The notes under the pieces: model-generated
What the model was told of the DNA's origin: nothing
Databases searched by the model: none
The model's input: the letters and a program-made list of their open reading frames with translations, nothing else
Shown: piece after piece, positions 1 to 9,666 of the stretch
Layout: each line of letters begins with the position of its first letter
Numbering within the stretch: position 1 is the first letter of the stretch
Assembly: GCA_963724765.1 (NCBI GenBank)
Contig: CAVRVY010000002.1
Location: 160,001-224,000, forward strand
Source: an uncultured delta proteobacterium
Lineage (GTDB): Bacteria > Desulfobacterota > Binatia > Binatales > Binataceae
Direction of reading: 5' to 3'
DNA length: 64,000 nt
Made by a program: the position numbers and the translations under genes

Positions 1-1390
1 CCGCGGCGGCGCGTTCGATGTCGCGCTGGCTCGCGCCGGGGCGGCCCAACGCGATATTCGCGCGCATCGTGTCGTAGAGCACCAGCGGCGGCTGGAGCAC
101 CATCGCGACGTTGTGGCGCAGCGATTCCAGTGTGAACTCAAGCGCGTTGTGCCCGTCGATGCTGATCGCGCCCTGCTGCGGTTCATAGAAGCGCACCAGC
201 AGGCTCGCCATCGTGGTCTTGCCCGCGCCGCTCGGCCCGACGATCGCGACCGTCTCACCGCGCCCGGCGCGAAAGCTCACGCCTTTGAGCACCGGATGGC
301 CGGGCGCGTAGCCGAATACGACGCCCGCGAACTCAACGTCGCCGCGCGCGCGTCCGAGCGCTCGCGCTCCGAGCCGATCCTTGACCTCGGGTTCGATCTC
401 CAGCAGTTCCAGGCATCGCCGCAGTCCCGCCATCGCGCCCTGCACCATGCCATAGGTCTGGAACATCTGGTTGATCGGCGCGTAGAGCGAGGCGAGGTAG
501 GTGGCGAACACGATCAGGTCGCCGATCGTGAGCCGGCCGCTCAGCGTGTGCAGCGCGCCGAGGTAGATGACCACCGCGGTGCCGATCGCAATCAGGACGT
601 TCACCGCGCCGGCGTACGCCGTCTGCAACGTATACAGCCGCAGCGTCTCGTCCAGGCTCTCGCTGCTCGATTCGACGAACTCGCGATAGGACTCGGCCTC
701 GCGGGTGAAGGCCTGGACCACGTGGATCGCGGCGAGCGAGCGATGAGCCACCGTGTAGAGGCGGCTCTCCTTGACCCGGGCGGCGGCGGCGATGCGGTCG
801 ATCGGTTTGCTGGCGGTGGCGATCAGCCCGGCGAGAAACGGCACTACCGCCAGCGCCACGATCGTCAACTCCGGGTCAATCCGCATCATCACCACGAACA
901 TTTCCACCAGCATCACGATGGAGGAGAGCAGCGGGAACAGCCCGTTCATCGCGATCGTTTGGACGGAGAATGTGTCGTAGGTGATCCGCACCATCAGATC
1001 GCCGATTGGGCGGCCGCGATGGAACGAGAGCGAGAGGCGCTGCAGATGGTCGAACATTTCCGCGCGCAGATCGTTGACCATCCGCTGGCCGATCGAAATC
1101 GAAATGTAATTGTTGAAGACGTTGATCAGGCCGAGCACCACGTAGAGCACGACCAGCCCGACGCAGGCGGTGATCAGCAGGTGCGCGGGCGAAAGCCGGG
1201 CGGCACGCGCTGGCCACGCCGCGCCGAGCGGCGCGCCGCGCAACACGTTGTCGATAACGACCTTGAGCGGCCACGGCTTGAGCACTTCCAGCGCGGCGGC
1301 CAGGATCACGCACACCACCGCCAGCGCCAGGCGTCCCAGATGCGGCCGCGTGCGGCGCAGCACCACGCCGATGAGCCCCAGCGTGCTCAT
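1..1390 (-). CDS. ABC transporter ATP-binding/permease (MsbA/NdvA-type exporter), 3' end runs off window
   Basis: Not in ORF track. Manual translation from ATG 1390 gives MSTLGLIGVVLRRTRPHLGRLAL..., a TMD, then Walker A GETVAIVGPSGAGKTT near 210-260. Start overlaps the upstream stop (TGATG). Confidence 0.9.
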   Translation of the reverse strand, partial: MSTLGLIGVVLRRTRPHLGRLALAVVCVILAAALEVLKPWPLKVVIDNVLRGAPLGAAWPARAARLSPAHLLITACVGLVVLYVVLGLINVFNNYISISIGQRMVNDLRAEMFDHLQRLSLSFHRGRPIGDLMVRITYDTFSVQTIAMNGLFPLLSSIVMLVEMFVVMMRIDPELTIVALAVVPFLAGLIATASKPIDRIAAAARVKESRLYTVAHRSLAAIHVVQAFTREAESYREFVESSSESLDETLRLYTLQTAYAGAVNVLIAIGTAVVIYLGALHTLSGRLTIGDLIVFATYLASLYAPINQMFQTYGMVQGAMAGLRRCLELLEIEPEVKDRLGARALGRARGDVEFAGVVFGYAPGHPVLKGVSFRAGRGETVAIVGPSGAGKTTMASLLVRFYEPQQGAISIDGHNALEFTLESLRHNVAMVLQPPLVLYDTMRANIALGRPGASQRDIERAAA

Positions 1391-3852
1391 CAGGCGGCTT
1401 CTTCCTCCACGTGAGCGCGGGCGCCGAGCGCCGCCGCCGCGTCCGCGGCGGCGGCCTTGAGCGCGGAGGGCAGGCGGCTCAAGTGCAGCACGGCGAGGAC
1501 CGCCGCACATACTCCCGCGAGCGCCGCCGCGGCTATTGCGCCCGTACCTGAGAAGCCGGTCGCGAGCATCACCACCACGATTGCCACCGCTGCCGTCGCG
1601 ATACGCCATCCGGCGGGCAAGGCGCGCCATGAGAGCGCGACGCGGCCATCCTCGAGTTCCAGGCCGTTTAAGTGCACGCGCATTCCGGGCGGAAGTACGA
1701 TTACCAGGTCGTATGCTTCGTACCGATCTCCGGCGGCGGCGGCGAGTCCATGGCGGACCAGCGCCACACGCATCGCGTCCAGCAACGGTTCGATGCCGCC
1801 GGGGCCGAGCGGCTCTGCCAGCGAGACCAGCACGCGGCCCCGCGCGCGCACTGTCGCAGCCTCGTCGTCAGCGGGGCCGGGCGGCGGCGCGGAATTCCAT
1901 TTGACGCGCTCGCGCGCGGCGCTGCGGGCGAGCGCTCCCACAAGCGCGGCGAGTGCGAGCAGCGCGCGCGCCGCCAGTGTCATCCGCGCACCGTTGGACG
2001 GCGCGCGTACCGCCGCGATGCGTATCGCGCTCGCTAGCGTCAGTGCGATCGCGGTCCATCCCAGCCACGCCATCGGCGCGCTCGCGAGGCCGGCCACTAT
2101 CATGACCATTCCGATCGCAACCCACGGCATCGTGAGCGGCAATTGCAAAAGCGGCGAACTCTGGGCGTCCGGATAGACGCTCTGGAACAGTCCGCGCCCG
2201 AAGGCGCCGTAATAAATGCGCGCGCCGCCGAACAGGCTGCCGAGCCACGAGGCGCCGCCGTACATCGCGCCCGCGCTGGCGGCCTTCAGCGGATACTTGC
2301 GAAATAGCAATCCTTCGCCTCGGCCGTAACCGCGTTGCTGTTCGACATACGCGGCGAGCGTCGGGCGACGCTCATGAATCACGACCGCGGCGGGCGCGCT
2401 GGCGATCGTCAGCTTGCGCTCGTTAAGCCGCCACGAGAAATCGACGTCGTCGCCGGCGGCGGTGAACATCGGGTCGAATCCGCCAGCCGCCTGGGCTGCG
2501 ATCCTGTCGACGATCATGTTGCATCCGCACACCTGCTCGAGCGTGTCGTCGCCGGCGCGAACCTCGCGCGGCTGTTCGGGCGCGGCGGCGATCGCGGCCG
2601 CGAGCGCCGAGGCGGGTGGCGGGGCGAAATTGGGGCCGCCGGCGGCCGCGGCATCGCGGCGGATGAGGTTTTCCACCAGGTGGTAGAGCCAATCGCGATC
2701 GGCGCGTGCGTCGGCGTCGATGAAGGCGACGCAACTTCCCGCGGCGGCCTCGATTCCGCTGTTGCGCGCGGCTGCGAGTCCGCGATGCTCCTCGCGCAGC
2801 ACGCGCACGCCGGCGCGCGATGCGACCTCGCCGGTCGAATCGATCGAGCCGTCGTCCACGACGATAATCTCGTAGTCGGGATAATTGAGATGGGCGAGCG
2901 AGTCGAGGCATTCGCCGAGCGTCGCCGCCGCGTTGTAGGCGGGGACCACGACCGAGGCTTTGGGAGAATCCTTGAGCGGCGGCGGGAGCGGGCCCTTGAA
3001 GACCTCGCCGACGGCGCCGAAGGCGCGCTTGCGGATGCGTTCGCGCGTCACCAGGCCGAAGGCCCAGTCGCTGATTTCGGCGCCTCCGGTATGCCATTCG
3101 TCGGTGAAGGCGAACACGATAAAGCCCGAGAGCCCAAGCTCGAAGGCCGCGCGCGCCTGCCACGCGAGCAGTTCGGCCTGATGCTCCTCGCCCTCGCGGA
3201 TGGTGTCCATTCCGGTTTCGCTGAGCACCAGCGGGCGCTCGCCCGTCGCCGCCATCAGATGCGTCAGGTAACGGCGGAAGTCGGGCTCGCGATGCAGGTA
3301 GACGTTGAAGCAAATGAAATCGAGGAAGCTGAGATCGAGATATTCGGACGACGGATAATTCGAGTAAGTGAAGAGCGAGTCGGGCGCGATGCTTTTGCCC
3401 AGTTCGTAGAGCTCGCCCATAAAGCGGCTGACCGCGCGCGCGCCGTGCCAGCGCACGATGTCGGAGCGGATTTCGTTGCCGAGGCTGAAAGCGAAAATCA
3501 CGTCGGCGTAGCGCCGCATCTCGTTGACCGAGGTACGGATGGCGCCGCGGATATCGGCGGACATCTGGCGCGAGTCGAGAAAAGCCATGTGAAACGGCCA
3601 CGGCATCCCGACCATCAGCCGCAGCTCGTGCATCGCGGCCAGCTCGAACATCCACGGCGGCGGCGGCACGTAGGTACGCACGACGTTGGCGCCAAGCTCG
3701 CGCATCAGCGCGAAATCCTGCGCTGCGCGCTCGGGCTCCGGATAGCGCTCGCCGCGCGAGTTGGGAGCGAACGGCCCGTAGGAGACCCCGCGTGCATGGA
3801 ATTTGCGCTCGCCCTCAAACAGGAATTTGCCGCGTGCGACCAGACGATCCAT
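1390..3852 (-). CDS. Fusion of clan GH-A TIM-barrel glycoside hydrolase domain, GT2 glycosyltransferase and C-terminal TM helices
   Basis: GH-A motifs LGNEI (acid/base) and LSETG (nucleophile). GT2 motifs VVPAYN, VVDDGS, FIDADA, GDDVDF, QQRGY. Hydrophobic C-terminus. Confidence 0.88.
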   Translation of the reverse strand: MDRLVARGKFLFEGERKFHARGVSYGPFAPNSRGERYPEPERAAQDFALMRELGANVVRTYVPPPPWMFELAAMHELRLMVGMPWPFHMAFLDSRQMSADIRGAIRTSVNEMRRYADVIFAFSLGNEIRSDIVRWHGARAVSRFMGELYELGKSIAPDSLFTYSNYPSSEYLDLSFLDFICFNVYLHREPDFRRYLTHLMAATGERPLVLSETGMDTIREGEEHQAELLAWQARAAFELGLSGFIVFAFTDEWHTGGAEISDWAFGLVTRERIRKRAFGAVGEVFKGPLPPPLKDSPKASVVVPAYNAAATLGECLDSLAHLNYPDYEIIVVDDGSIDSTGEVASRAGVRVLREEHRGLAAARNSGIEAAAGSCVAFIDADARADRDWLYHLVENLIRRDAAAAGGPNFAPPPASALAAAIAAAPEQPREVRAGDDTLEQVCGCNMIVDRIAAQAAGGFDPMFTAAGDDVDFSWRLNERKLTIASAPAAVVIHERRPTLAAYVEQQRGYGRGEGLLFRKYPLKAASAGAMYGGASWLGSLFGGARIYYGAFGRGLFQSVYPDAQSSPLLQLPLTMPWVAIGMVMIVAGLASAPMAWLGWTAIALTLASAIRIAAVRAPSNGARMTLAARALLALAALVGALARSAARERVKWNSAPPPGPADDEAATVRARGRVLVSLAEPLGPGGIEPLLDAMRVALVRHGLAAAAGDRYEAYDLVIVLPPGMRVHLNGLELEDGRVALSWRALPAGWRIATAAVAIVVVMLATGFSGTGAIAAAALAGVCAAVLAVLHLSRLPSALKAAAADAAAALGARAHVEEEAA

Positions 3853-3988
3853 CCCGATGAGCTAATCGCAAACAATCGTGGTGCGCAACGCGGTCTCCCG
3901 CCCACGCCGCTGCTCCAATCGGCAGGCGTGCCGCTTCACGCGGAGAGCGCTTTCAATCGCCCCGCCGGGTCGCCTATATTGCGCGAAC

Positions 3989-4846
3989 ATGGAAAGCGGA
4001 CAGCGCGGCGAGCCGAAAAGTTTTTTCGTGGATGCGAACGGGATCCGGCTGAGCTGCCAGGACTGGGGCGGCGACGGGCCGCCGATCGTAATCCTGCACG
4101 CGACCGGATTCCTGGGGCGAGTGTACCGGCCGATCGCGCTGACGTTGCGATCCACGGGCCATGTCTATAGCTACGATCAGCGCGGCCACGGCGATAGCTC
4201 GCGCCCGGCCGATGTCGATTACAGTTGGGCGAGCACGACCGCCGATCTGAAGGCGTTCATCGTCGCGATGAAGCTCGAGGGCGTGCGCGGGCTTGGTCAT
4301 TCGGCCGGGGCCACCGCCATCGGTTCGCTGTCCGGCGCGGAGCCGGCGCTGATTTCGCGCGCCGTGCTGGTCGAGCCGGTGCTGTTCGACGATGAGGTGC
4401 CCGAGTCGGCGCAGGACCCGCTCTACGAGCGCACGCGCAGGCGCAAGGGATGGTTCGAGAGCGCGGAGGCGATGTTTCGCAACTTCGAGCGCAAGCCGCC
4501 CTTCAACACCTGGCAGCGCGACATGCTGCGCGACTATTGCGAGTACGGCACACGACCTGCGCCGCAAGGCGGAGTGGAATTGAAATGCCCGCCCGAAATC
4601 GAAGCGGATTTCTACTCGCGCGCCCGCGAGTTCCCCGGCATCACGCTGATTCTCAAGAGCCGCTCGCCGTTGCTGGTGATGTTCGGCGAAAAGAGCGATT
4701 CGACGGGCATCAGGATCGCGGACAAGATCGCGGCGCAATTGGTGAACGGCACCGTCGTTACGGTGCCGGACGCCAGCCACTTCCTGCCGATGGAGCAGCC
4801 GGAAATGGTCGCTCGGATGGCGGCGGAGTTCTTCAACCGGAAATGA
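3989..4846 (+). CDS. Alpha/beta hydrolase
   Basis: LHATG oxyanion region, DQRGHG, nucleophile GHSAG, C-terminal SHFLPMEQP. ATG 3989 preferred over 3878. Confidence 0.9.
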   Translation: MESGQRGEPKSFFVDANGIRLSCQDWGGDGPPIVILHATGFLGRVYRPIALTLRSTGHVYSYDQRGHGDSSRPADVDYSWASTTADLKAFIVAMKLEGVRGLGHSAGATAIGSLSGAEPALISRAVLVEPVLFDDEVPESAQDPLYERTRRRKGWFESAEAMFRNFERKPPFNTWQRDMLRDYCEYGTRPAPQGGVELKCPPEIEADFYSRAREFPGITLILKSRSPLLVMFGEKSDSTGIRIADKIAAQLVNGTVVTVPDASHFLPMEQPEMVARMAAEFFNRK

Positions 4847-4854
4847 TCACTTCG

Positions 4855-5481
4855 CTAGAGCAATCCGTGGATCTTCGCGAACGGGTCCCATGATGGATCG
4901 CGATGCCATTCGTATTCCATCCGGATTGCGATTCGCTCGGCAGCGTCGGCGTCGGCGAGCCTGGCGATCAAAGCGAGCGCCATGTCGATTCCGGCCGAGA
5001 CTCCCGATGAGGTCGCGAACTTGCCATCCTCGACCCATCGCGCCTGCCTGATCCATTCGACCGCCGGACCCTGTTCAGTCACCCACTTGAACGAGAGTTT
5101 GTTGGAGGTCGCGCGGCGCCCGTCGAGCAGTCCGGCGCGCGCGAGCAGCGCCGCGCCGGTACATACGGAGGCCACGATTTCCGCCTCAAGTGTGCGCCGT
5201 TTCAGCCATTCCAGGAGCGCGGCGTTCTTGACCTCGCGCCGCGTGCCAATACCGCCCGGCACCAACATGACGTCGATCCGCGGACAATCCGTGAGCGCAT
5301 AGTCGGCTATCGCACGCGGCCCCTGCGCGCTTTTAACCGCGCCGGCCTTTTCGGCGGCCGTGACGATCGTGCATGCGCCGGCGATCTCGGCGAGCATCCC
5401 CCACGCCTCCAGCGGGCCGAAGACGTCGAGCAGTTCGAAGCCCTCGAAGAGCAGCACGCCGACGGTTTTCTGCGACGCCAT
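4855..5481 (-). CDS. DJ-1/PfpI family protein
   Basis: GFELLDVFGP, VPGG, SVCTGA nucleophile Cys, TSSGVSAGIDM. Confidence 0.92.
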   Translation of the reverse strand: MASQKTVGVLLFEGFELLDVFGPLEAWGMLAEIAGACTIVTAAEKAGAVKSAQGPRAIADYALTDCPRIDVMLVPGGIGTRREVKNAALLEWLKRRTLEAEIVASVCTGAALLARAGLLDGRRATSNKLSFKWVTEQGPAVEWIRQARWVEDGKFATSSGVSAGIDMALALIARLADADAAERIAIRMEYEWHRDPSWDPFAKIHGLL

Positions 5482-5545
5482 CGAAGCCTCCTTGTGCGCG
5501 CACGGGAGCGAGATCCGTGCGGAATGTGGAGGCTAGTCATCGCTG

Positions 5546-5588
5546 CCGGGGCGGGCAAGCGCGCGACGCGCGCGCTTGCCCGCCCCGG
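5546..5588. repeat. Perfect 20-bp inverted repeat (hairpin, 3-nt loop)
   Basis: ccggggcgggcaagcgcgcg-acg-cgcgcgcttgcccgccccgg; intergenic, no U-tract. Confidence 0.85.
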
Positions 5589-5640
5589 GCATGCTGTTGC
5601 GAGCGCGGCGCATCGTACGCACGCTGCTGGAGCGGCCCGG

Positions 5641-6378
5641 TTACGGCCGCTCCAGCAGCCTACGCGCCGCGTCGCTGTAGACGCCCGGCGCGTCGTACAT
5701 CACCAGCGGCGGTTCGACTTCGACCTCCACGCCGCCGCCCTTGCGCGCCTCGACCAGCACGGTCGAGGCGCTCGCGACGGCGTAGGGATGGACGAAGCGG
5801 ATGCGCTTGGGCTCCAGGCGGCGGGCGCGCAGCGCCGAGATGAGCTCGGCGCTGCGCGCCGCCGCGAAGACGAAGGCCGCGCGGCCGCCGTGGCGCGTAT
5901 GGCGCGCCGCGGCGGCCGCGAAGTCCTCAAGCCGGGCCGTCGCCTCGGTGCGGGCGAGGCGGCGGCCAGCGAGCGGACTTTCGCGCCCGCTTAAGCGGGC
6001 GCGAAAGGGCGGGTTGGCGAGCACCAGGTCGAAGCCGCCAGCCGCCGCGTCGAGCGCCCGGCGGCTTCGCAAATCGGCGCATACGGCGCGCACCATGCCG
6101 AGACCGTTGAGCGCCGCGTTGCGCGCGATCAGCGCGGCGAGCGCCGGTTGAATCTCCAGCGCGACCACTTCGCGCGACCGAGCTAGAGCGGCGTAGATCA
6201 GCGCGACGACGCCGCATCCTGCGCCCAGCTCCAGCACGCGGGCGGCGGGGCGCGCGGCGGCGAAGCGCGCAAGCAGTACCGCCTCGATCGAGAAGCGGTA
6301 ACCGCGGCGCGGCTGGTAAAGGCGCAGTGCCCCGCCTAGGATCGAGTCGATCGTTTCTTCCGCGATTGATTCAGTCAT
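5641..6378 (-). CDS. tRNA1(Val) A37 N6-methyltransferase-like (TrmN6/YfiC family) SAM methyltransferase
   Basis: YQPRRGYRFSIEAVLL, VLELGAGCG, ANPPF motif. Start uncertain (6378 vs 6417). Confidence 0.85.
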   Translation of the reverse strand: MTESIAEETIDSILGGALRLYQPRRGYRFSIEAVLLARFAAARPAARVLELGAGCGVVALIYAALARSREVVALEIQPALAALIARNAALNGLGMVRAVCADLRSRRALDAAAGGFDLVLANPPFRARLSGRESPLAGRRLARTEATARLEDFAAAAARHTRHGGRAAFVFAAARSAELISALRARRLEPKRIRFVHPYAVASASTVLVEARKGGGVEVEVEPPLVMYDAPGVYSDAARRLLERP

Positions 6379-6400
6379 TGATTCAATTTTAGATCCAGTT

Positions 6401-6607
6401 ATGGATTCCGGCGCCAAGGGCGAACGTTACGCGCGCATCTTCCGCAAGGCCGGCGTCTATCTGGCCAAGGGCAACGTAGCGCGTGCGCTCGAAGTGCTCC
6501 AGGAGGGGCGCGATCTCGCCGAGCGCGAGGGCCATCCAAAAATGGCGCGCCTGTTCACGGCCGAGATGGAACGCGCGAAAGCACCCGCGGATCCCGCAGA
6601 GGAATAA
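6401..6607 (+). CDS. Small helical hypothetical protein (single TPR-like hairpin)
   Basis: 68 aa with natural codon usage. Pattern AGVYLAKGNVARALEVLQEG is TPR-like. Confidence 0.6.
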   Translation: MDSGAKGERYARIFRKAGVYLAKGNVARALEVLQEGRDLAEREGHPKMARLFTAEMERAKAPADPAEE

Positions 6608-6709
6608 GCTAGGAAATTTCGGCGTTGCGAGGGTTTGCCGACCACGCCTGAGGTGCAGTAGGCGTCCCAAACGGCTGCAGGGCGGCGGTTTCGCTGCCGT
6701 CGCGCCCGC

Positions 6710-6737
6710 TTGACGGCGCACAGTTCGTACTTAAGTT
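6710..6737 (+). promoter_or_regulatory. Possible sigma70-type promoter for hsp20
   Basis: TTGACG-N16-TAAGTT about 95 nt upstream of ATG 6831. Confidence 0.35.
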
Positions 6738-6830
6738 CTACTCAACGAGGCGCGGAGGGAACACGGGCCCGGCGCGCGCAGCGAAAATCAAAATTACGAC
6801 CGGCAATATGCGGTTGGGAGGGATTACAAG

Positions 6831-7274
6831 ATGGAAGTAGTACTCGGAAACGGATACGCAAACGGATGGCTCTACGATCGGATGAACAGGCTCAATCGGC
6901 TTTTCAACGAGGCGGGATGGACCGCTCCGGAAACTCACGACCACCTGATGCCGCGGACGGACGTCGTCGAGCATGGCGAAGGTTATCATTTCTACTTCGA
7001 CATGCCGGGTATCAAGGCCGACTCGGTCAATGTTCAGGTCGAAGACGGACGGCTGATGGTCGAGGCGGAGCGCAAGCAGCCTGAGCGGGAGAAGGACGCC
7101 GAGGTTCATCTGTCGGAGCGCAGCTACGGCACGATGCGCCGTACGTTCACGATGCCTGACGATGCCAGTGCGGAAGGAATCAAGGCGACCTATCGTGACG
7201 GGGTGCTCGAAGTGACGGTGGCGAAGAAGCCCGAAGCCAAGCCGACCAGGATTAAGGTCAACGTCGAGAACTAG
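6831..7274 (+). CDS. Hsp20/alpha-crystallin small heat shock protein
   Basis: DMPGI, ERSYGTMRRTF, ATYRDGVLEVTV. GGGAGG RBS. Confidence 0.95.
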   Translation: MEVVLGNGYANGWLYDRMNRLNRLFNEAGWTAPETHDHLMPRTDVVEHGEGYHFYFDMPGIKADSVNVQVEDGRLMVEAERKQPEREKDAEVHLSERSYGTMRRTFTMPDDASAEGIKATYRDGVLEVTVAKKPEAKPTRIKVNVEN

Positions 7275-7295
7275 TAAGTAGTAAAGTTCTTGTCT

Positions 7296-7339
7296 GGCGC
7301 GCCGCGCACAAAAGTGCGCGGCGCGCCTTTTCTTTTTTT
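7296..7339 (+). terminator. Rho-independent terminator after hsp20
   Basis: 14-bp stem ggcgcgccgcgcac-aaaa-gtgcgcggcgcgcc followed by ttttcttttttt. Confidence 0.92.
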
Positions 7340-7403
7340 CTGATACACTCTGATGCGTAATGCGGCCGCCGAACGGTCTCAGGCGAAAGGTGGGGGTCCT
7401 GAT

Positions 7404-8000
7404 ATGAGCGCATCGCTTGTCGTTCTGATAATCGCGATTGCGATCGTCGGATGGGCTGTGCTCGGCTACAACGGTCTGGTCAGCCTGCGCAACCAGGTGC
7501 AGAATTCATGGCGTCAGATCGACGTCCAACTGCGTCGCCGCCACGACCTCATCCCCAACCTGGTCGAGGCGGTCAAGGGCTACATGCAGTTCGAGCGCGA
7601 CACACTCACCCAGGTGGTCGAAGCGCGCGCCAAGGCGATTAGCGCGCCCGACCAGGCCTCGCGCATGGCGGCCGAGAACCAGATCACCGGAGGATTGGGC
7701 AGGCTGCTGGCGGTGATGGAGAACTATCCTCAGCTCAAGTCCGACCAGAACGTGCTCAAGCTCCAGGAGGAGCTGACCACCACCGAGAACCAGATCGCCT
7801 TTTCGCGCCAGGCCTACAATGACGCCGTGATGCAGCTCAACACGCGCATCGAAAGTTTTCCCACCAATTTGATCGCCGGCAATTTCGGCTTCAAACAGGC
7901 CGACTACTTCCAGGGTGCGCCCGAAGACCAGGCGGTGCCGAAGGTCGATCTCGCGATGGGCGCCGGCGCGCCGCAGCCGCCCCCGCCGCCGCGCGCCTGA
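7404..8000 (+). CDS. lemA: LemA family protein
   Basis: N-terminal TM; YNGLV, IDVQLRRRHDLIPNLV, ENYPQLK, FPTNLIA. Confidence 0.95.
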   Translation: MSASLVVLIIAIAIVGWAVLGYNGLVSLRNQVQNSWRQIDVQLRRRHDLIPNLVEAVKGYMQFERDTLTQVVEARAKAISAPDQASRMAAENQITGGLGRLLAVMENYPQLKSDQNVLKLQEELTTTENQIAFSRQAYNDAVMQLNTRIESFPTNLIAGNFGFKQADYFQGAPEDQAVPKVDLAMGAGAPQPPPPPRA

Positions 8001-8026
8001 CGATTCTGCGCGGAGATTGAACGGGG

Positions 8027-9084
8027 ATGGCGGCCGCGCGCACCGATTTCTGGGAGCTTGAGCGCCGCAACCGGCGCGAGACTGCGGCCCTGGTCGTAGT
8101 CTTCATTGCGCTATTCACCGCGCTCGGCTTCGGCCTGGATTTTCGCTTTGGTGACCTCGCGATCGTCGACGGATCACTTACTGGCTTCCCGCTGCTGACG
8201 CTTATCGCGCTCGGCTTCGGAATTTTCCAGTCGCTGCTCTCATACTATGGTGGGGCTTCCCTGGTACTGGCCTCGGTGCAGGCGCGCGAGCTTTCCCCCG
8301 ACACGCCTCAGCATCAGATGGTGCTCGACGTGGTGCGCGAGATGGCGCTGGCGGCGCGGATGCCGGTGCCCAAGGCGTACCTGATGAGCGATCCATCCCC
8401 TAATGCATTCGCGACCGGCCGCGATCCAAATCATTCGGTGGTGTGCGTCACCCAGGGACTGATCGACACGATGGATCGCGAGGAAGTGCAGGGCGTGCTG
8501 GGCCACGAGATGGCGCACGTGCGCGACTACGACATCCGGACCATGATGATGATCGCGGTGCTGGTGGCGGGGATCGCGATGCTGGCCGATTTTGTTTACC
8601 GCTCGATGTGGTACACGGGCGGAGTTGGCGGCAGCGGCAGAAGCCGCGGCAGTCGCGACGACGACAGCAGCAGCGGCAATGCGGGCGCGCTGATTGGCAT
8701 CCTGGTGGTCGTGCTCGCCGTACTGGCGCCGTTTTTCGCGCAACTGCTCGCGATGGCGGTGTCGCGCCAGCGCGAATATCTCGCCGACGCCGCTTCGGTC
8801 GAGTTCACGCGCAATCCGCGGGCGCTGCTGCGCGCGCTCGAGCGCATCGCGGAGACCGAATCGCCGCTGCGCAACGCCTCGCGCGGCACCGCGCATTTGT
8901 TCATCGTCAATCCATTGCAGGGCGCGCGCGACCGCGCGACGATGATGAGGGCTTTTTCGCCAATCTCTTTTCGACCCATCCGCCGCTCCCCCGGCGGATC
9001 GAGCGGCTGCGCGCGATGCTCAACGAGGCGGGCGGCGTAGCGCCGCCGGCGGATGCAGCAGCCGCGCCAACTTCGCGCGGATGA
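8027..9084 (+). pseudogene. htpX: HtpX/M48 zinc metalloprotease, frameshifted near the 3' end
   Basis: PNAFATG, HEMAH and SRQREYLADA are in frame 8027. The conserved FSTHPPLPRRIERL is in another frame (stop 9084). An 8-nt duplication CGCGCGAC at 8925-8940 explains the shift. Confidence 0.85.
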
Positions 9085-9105
9085 TATGCGCGCACGAGGA
9101 CGGCG

Positions 9106-9594
9106 CTAGCGGTTGCGATGGCGAAGTTCGCGTTCGACTTCGCGCCGCGCGGTCTTGCGCTTGATCGCCTCGCGCTTGTCGTAGAGCTTCTTGCCCTTGG
9201 CCAGCCCGAGTTCGACCTTGGCGCGGCCGCGGCGGAAGTAAATCTTTAGCGGCACCATCGTGTAGCCCTGCTCGCGGGCGTGTCCCCACCAGCGGTCGAT
9301 CTCGCGCCGATGCATCAGGAGCTTGCGCGGGCGGATTTCCTTGTGGCTGAACTGTCCGGCCGGCGCATAGGCGCCGATATGCACGCCGTACAGGAACGCT
9401 TCGCTATTTTTGATCCGCGCGTAGCTGTCGCGCAGGTTGACCTTGTGCGCGCGAAGCGACTTGACCTCGGTGCCGGTCAGCGCGAGGCCGCACTCCAGCG
9501 ACTCCTCGATGAAGAAATCGTGGCGGGCTTTACGATTGTCGGCGACCAGCTCGTAGCCGTCGTCGGGCGCCTTGGCGCTTTCCTGGCGAGCCAT
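9106..9594 (-). CDS. smpB: SsrA-binding protein
   Basis: NRKARHDF, LTGTEVKSLR, RKLLMHRREI, GKKLYDKRE. Confidence 0.98.
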   Translation of the reverse strand: MARQESAKAPDDGYELVADNRKARHDFFIEESLECGLALTGTEVKSLRAHKVNLRDSYARIKNSEAFLYGVHIGAYAPAGQFSHKEIRPRKLLMHRREIDRWWGHAREQGYTMVPLKIYFRRGRAKVELGLAKGKKLYDKREAIKRKTARREVERELRHRNR

Positions 9595-9666
9595 CCTTAC
9601 GAGCTTACCCGTGCCGCGGCTCCAGCATAAGTGGATGAGCGGACTGTCGAGTACGTTGTTGATTTC

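Noticed and set aside
113-1414. 433-aa plus-strand ORF, and many other long overlapping ORFs (e.g. 2335-4170, 10395-11849, 37959-39353)
   Set aside because: Antisense or alternate-frame shadows of well-supported genes, expected in high-GC DNA; no motifs
6608-6830. CIRCE element or ROSE thermometer upstream of hsp20
   Set aside because: No TTAGCACTC-N9-GAGTGCTAA and no clear anti-SD U(U/C)GCU hairpin
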